Shown: one piece after another, positions 61,255 through 64,000 of the stretch
Layout of the letters: each line of letters starts with the position of its first letter
Position numbering within the stretch: position 1 is the stretch's first letter
From: an uncultured delta proteobacterium
GTDB taxonomy: Bacteria > Desulfobacterota > Desulfobacteria > Desulfobacterales > JAFDCJ01
NCBI GenBank assembly: GCA_963769935.1
Contig: CAVYNY010000003.1
Span: 1-64,000 of the forward strand
DNA: 64,000 nucleotides
Direction of reading: 5' to 3'
The notes under the pieces: model-generated
What the model saw: the letters and a program-made list of their open reading frames with translations, nothing else
Database searches by the model: none
Told to the model about the DNA's origin: nothing
Translations under genes and position numbers: made by a program

Positions 61255-64000
61255 ATGATTAGAGGACATAAAAAAATAGCGCTGTTGACGATATTGCTCT
61301 GGCTGGCCGGCGGCATTTCCCTGCCTGCCCTTGCTGAAAATCATGCCCTGCTGATCGGTATCGGCAAATACCGGCAGCGCACACTGGAGGGGCCGCCCTA
61401 TGATGTTGCGGCGCTTTCTCGAGTGCTTGCGGCGCAGTATGATTTTCAAAAGGAAAATATCCGTACGCTCGTAAATGAAGAAGCCGTCAAGTCCAGAATC
61501 CTTTCTGAGATCGAGCGTCTGACGCATCACACCCATCCCGGAGACCGGGTATTCATTTATTTCAGCGGTCACGGAACCAGCCGCCGGGATGAAGTGCTGG
61601 CGCTTCCGCTGCCGTACAGCACCGGTGCGCTGGTGCCGGCTGATTTTGAGGCTGATCCCGCTCAACCGGTTGAAAAACTGCTGTCGCAGCTGATCATCGG
61701 CAGACGCGACCTGCGGCCGGCGCTGGAGCGACTTGATCGGGACCGACAGGTCCTGATGGTTTTTGATACCTGTTTTTCAGGCAATACCATCCGAGCCATT
61801 GGAAATCATAAAACCGCAAATTTAAGCCGCTACCTCCCGCTGCCGTCAAGAAGTGTCTTCAAAGCGGAGCGGGAAATTGGAAGCTTTGAGGAAAATTTGA
61901 ATCTGGATGACCCATATCCCTATCAAAATATTTTTTATATTTCGGCGGCTTCGGAAAATGAAGTCGCCAAGGATATCCAAAAAGATACCTTGGACTTATA
62001 TCCGACCATTGACGGCAATCCCCATGGGGTTCTGACGGACGCCCTTTTAAGGGTGCTGGCGGGACAAATGCGCGTCGACACCGACAACGACGGCCGGTGG
62101 AGCCAGATTGAGCTGTATGCGGCTGTCAAAAAAGAGGTTCAACGGCGCTTCCAACAATCGCCGCAGGCCTTGCCCAAGGTAGGGACCCGCACCGATCGGC
62201 TGTATTCGAGAACCTTTTTTGTGCGTTCGGCAAAAGCGGTTGCCACAGCAGGCGGGCACCCGGCCGAACCGGCGCCCGGCCGCCAGGGCGCGAATTATCA
62301 ATCGGGTTATTCTTCTTCCCATGCGCTGGTGGTTGGCATAAACGAATATCGACACTGGCCGCGGCTCGAATATGCCGCCAATGATGCCAGGGCAATGGCC
62401 GCCAGGTTGAAAGCACAGGGCTTTCAGACTTACCTGCTCACCGATGAGCAGGCCACGCTGAAAAATATTCTGGCCGGACTGGAAACGATTCGCCGCAGCA
62501 TTGATGAGAATTCACGGATGATGTTCTATTTTGCCGGGCACGGTCAGACCGAGGACCTGCCTGGAGGACGGGAAAGAGGGTATATCGTGCCGGTGGATGC
62601 GGATGCCTACAACTGGCAGCGTACGATGCTGCCCATGGATCGGTTGAATCAAACTATCAGGCAGTTCAAAGCCAAACATATCCTTATGGCCTTTGACTCC
62701 TGTTACTCCGGACTGGGGTTGACTCGCTCGATAAAAGGTCGTCCCGATCCGGATTCCGCCTACATTCAGAAAATGATGCACTCCCGAAGTATTCAGATAC
62801 TGACAGCGGGCAGCCGTTCCGAGCAGGCCATTGAAGCTGCCGGCCACGGACTGTTCACGGACCAACTGCTGGCCGCCCTCGCGGGGGCGGCGGATATTAA
62901 TTCCGACGGATACATTACGGCGACCGAAATTTATGCCACCCTGCGTCCGGCCATAACCCAGAAGTCCTATAGCCGCCAGACCCCGCAGTTCGGCTATATC
63001 GAGGGCAACGGCGATATTATTTTTCTTAATACTTCCCGCGAACCAGAACCTGCCGCCGTTGTTGTTGATACTGCAATTAGCGGCATCGACGTATGGGCCG
63101 GCACCTCTGAAATCGGTCACCGCCTGCCGGCCGGACGGCATCAGTTACCGGCTCTTGCGGGGCAAACAGCTCTGATCGTTAAAAAGGGCGGACGCACCCT
63201 TTATCGAAAGAATGTGCTGCTGTCCGCCAACAGGGTGTTTTCAATCCAGATCGGCGCAACCATTGCGACATCACACCCGCCGGAAGCATTTTCCACGATT
63301 ACTATTGCCAATCATAGCGTCGACAATTATTCAAATTCGATTGCCTATGATCTGGACGGTGACGGCCGGGAGGAGATGGTGACCGCCTCGGATAACCGGC
63401 TTTTTGCTTTCAGGTCCGACGGCACCATCATCTGGGAAAAAAAATTCCATTTCCCGATCACCTTGGATCTGATTGATGACTGGAATTCGCAGCCGGCCAT
63501 TGGGCTGTCCGCCGTGAATGAGGATACAGTTCACCTGGTGCTGCTTGACCAGCGGGGAGAGCAAATTTGGCAGCATGTCCGAAAACTTACCCGCTATTAC
63601 AACGGCAAAACCGACGGCGGGGGAAAGATTGCCGGGCTGGCGGACGTCGACCGGGACGGCCGCCAGGACGTCGTGGCCTTTGCCACGGCAGAATACACCT
63701 TAAAGCCCCGCGGCATCATCGTGTACGACGGTCGTGCCCGTGAACTGTGGCGCTACACAATCGGACCCGCTCCACAAAGCATCGTTGTCTGGCAAAAAGA
63801 TTCAGGACGACCCGACATCATCATCGGAACGTACAGCCCGGGCGACGGAAATCGCGACTTAACCAACAACACCAGCGATATGCAAACCTACATCATCAGT
63901 GTCGACGGTTTTGGCAAAGCAAACTGGCAGATCCCGGTCGGCGGGTTTTACAGCGGGGTTGTCGTGCTGCCGGCCGGTCTGAAGGACCCTGCCCGTCGCT
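61255..64000 (+). CDS. Exported tandem double-caspase (2x C14) protein with PEGA-like and FG-GAP/beta-propeller repeats (3' partial; absent from ORF track)
   Basis: Manual translation from the ATG at 61255 stays open to the window end (915 codons). It has a signal peptide, FSGHG/FDTCFSG and FAGHG/FDSCYSG dyads, and DLDGDGREE and DVDRDGRQD repeats. Confidence 0.88.
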   Translation, partial: MIRGHKKIALLTILLWLAGGISLPALAENHALLIGIGKYRQRTLEGPPYDVAALSRVLAAQYDFQKENIRTLVNEEAVKSRILSEIERLTHHTHPGDRVFIYFSGHGTSRRDEVLALPLPYSTGALVPADFEADPAQPVEKLLSQLIIGRRDLRPALERLDRDRQVLMVFDTCFSGNTIRAIGNHKTANLSRYLPLPSRSVFKAEREIGSFEENLNLDDPYPYQNIFYISAASENEVAKDIQKDTLDLYPTIDGNPHGVLTDALLRVLAGQMRVDTDNDGRWSQIELYAAVKKEVQRRFQQSPQALPKVGTRTDRLYSRTFFVRSAKAVATAGGHPAEPAPGRQGANYQSGYSSSHALVVGINEYRHWPRLEYAANDARAMAARLKAQGFQTYLLTDEQATLKNILAGLETIRRSIDENSRMMFYFAGHGQTEDLPGGRERGYIVPVDADAYNWQRTMLPMDRLNQTIRQFKAKHILMAFDSCYSGLGLTRSIKGRPDPDSAYIQKMMHSRSIQILTAGSRSEQAIEAAGHGLFTDQLLAALAGAADINSDGYITATEIYATLRPAITQKSYSRQTPQFGYIEGNGDIIFLNTSREPEPAAVVVDTAISGIDVWAGTSEIGHRLPAGRHQLPALAGQTALIVKKGGRTLYRKNVLLSANRVFSIQIGATIATSHPPEAFSTITIANHSVDNYSNSIAYDLDGDGREEMVTASDNRLFAFRSDGTIIWEKKFHFPITLDLIDDWNSQPAIGLSAVNEDTVHLVLLDQRGEQIWQHVRKLTRYYNGKTDGGGKIAGLADVDRDGRQDVVAFATAEYTLKPRGIIVYDGRARELWRYTIGPAPQSIVVWQKDSGRPDIIIGTYSPGDGNRDLTNNTSDMQTYIISVDGFGKANWQIPVGGFYSGVVVLPAGLKDPARR

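Noticed and set aside
61219..63703. Short ORFs listed in the track (61219-61665, 62512-63141, etc.)
   Set aside because: They are antisense or alternate-frame shadows of the long plus-strand double-caspase gene.

Overview
This is a chromosomal window from a Desulfobacterales-like deltaproteobacterium; the taxonomy is inferred from gene content and repeat families. 1-17 kb is mostly core genome: the pilA 5' end with a sigma54 promoter, pilR, pyrC, lepB, pgpA, larC, tRNA-Sec, rlmD, cinA, a TPR lipoprotein, rpoH and tRNA-Arg. A decayed fatty-acid-catabolism block sits between tRNA-Sec and rlmD. 17-23 kb holds small genes, an SPFH/zinc-ribbon pair and xerD. 23-48 kb is a PUFA-synthase cluster (pfaD, pfaA, pfaB/C) joined to a complete oleABCD cluster; pfaB/C carries at least ten apparent frameshifts. 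49-64 kb is the most novel part: two ECF sigma/anti-sigma pairs followed by a co-directional run of envelope genes. That run contains two exported unknown proteins, a MotA/TolQ/ExbB-like protein with a single-TM Asp-bearing partner, a DUF4384-like lipoprotein, a lytic transglycosylase, an exported caspase-DUF4384 protein, a TPR-OmpA protein, and a >915-aa exported tandem double-caspase/FG-GAP protein that the ORF track missed. A shared ECF-type promoter motif links the second sigma/anti-sigma pair to this run. Heptamer-repeat and MITE-like elements occupy many spacers.
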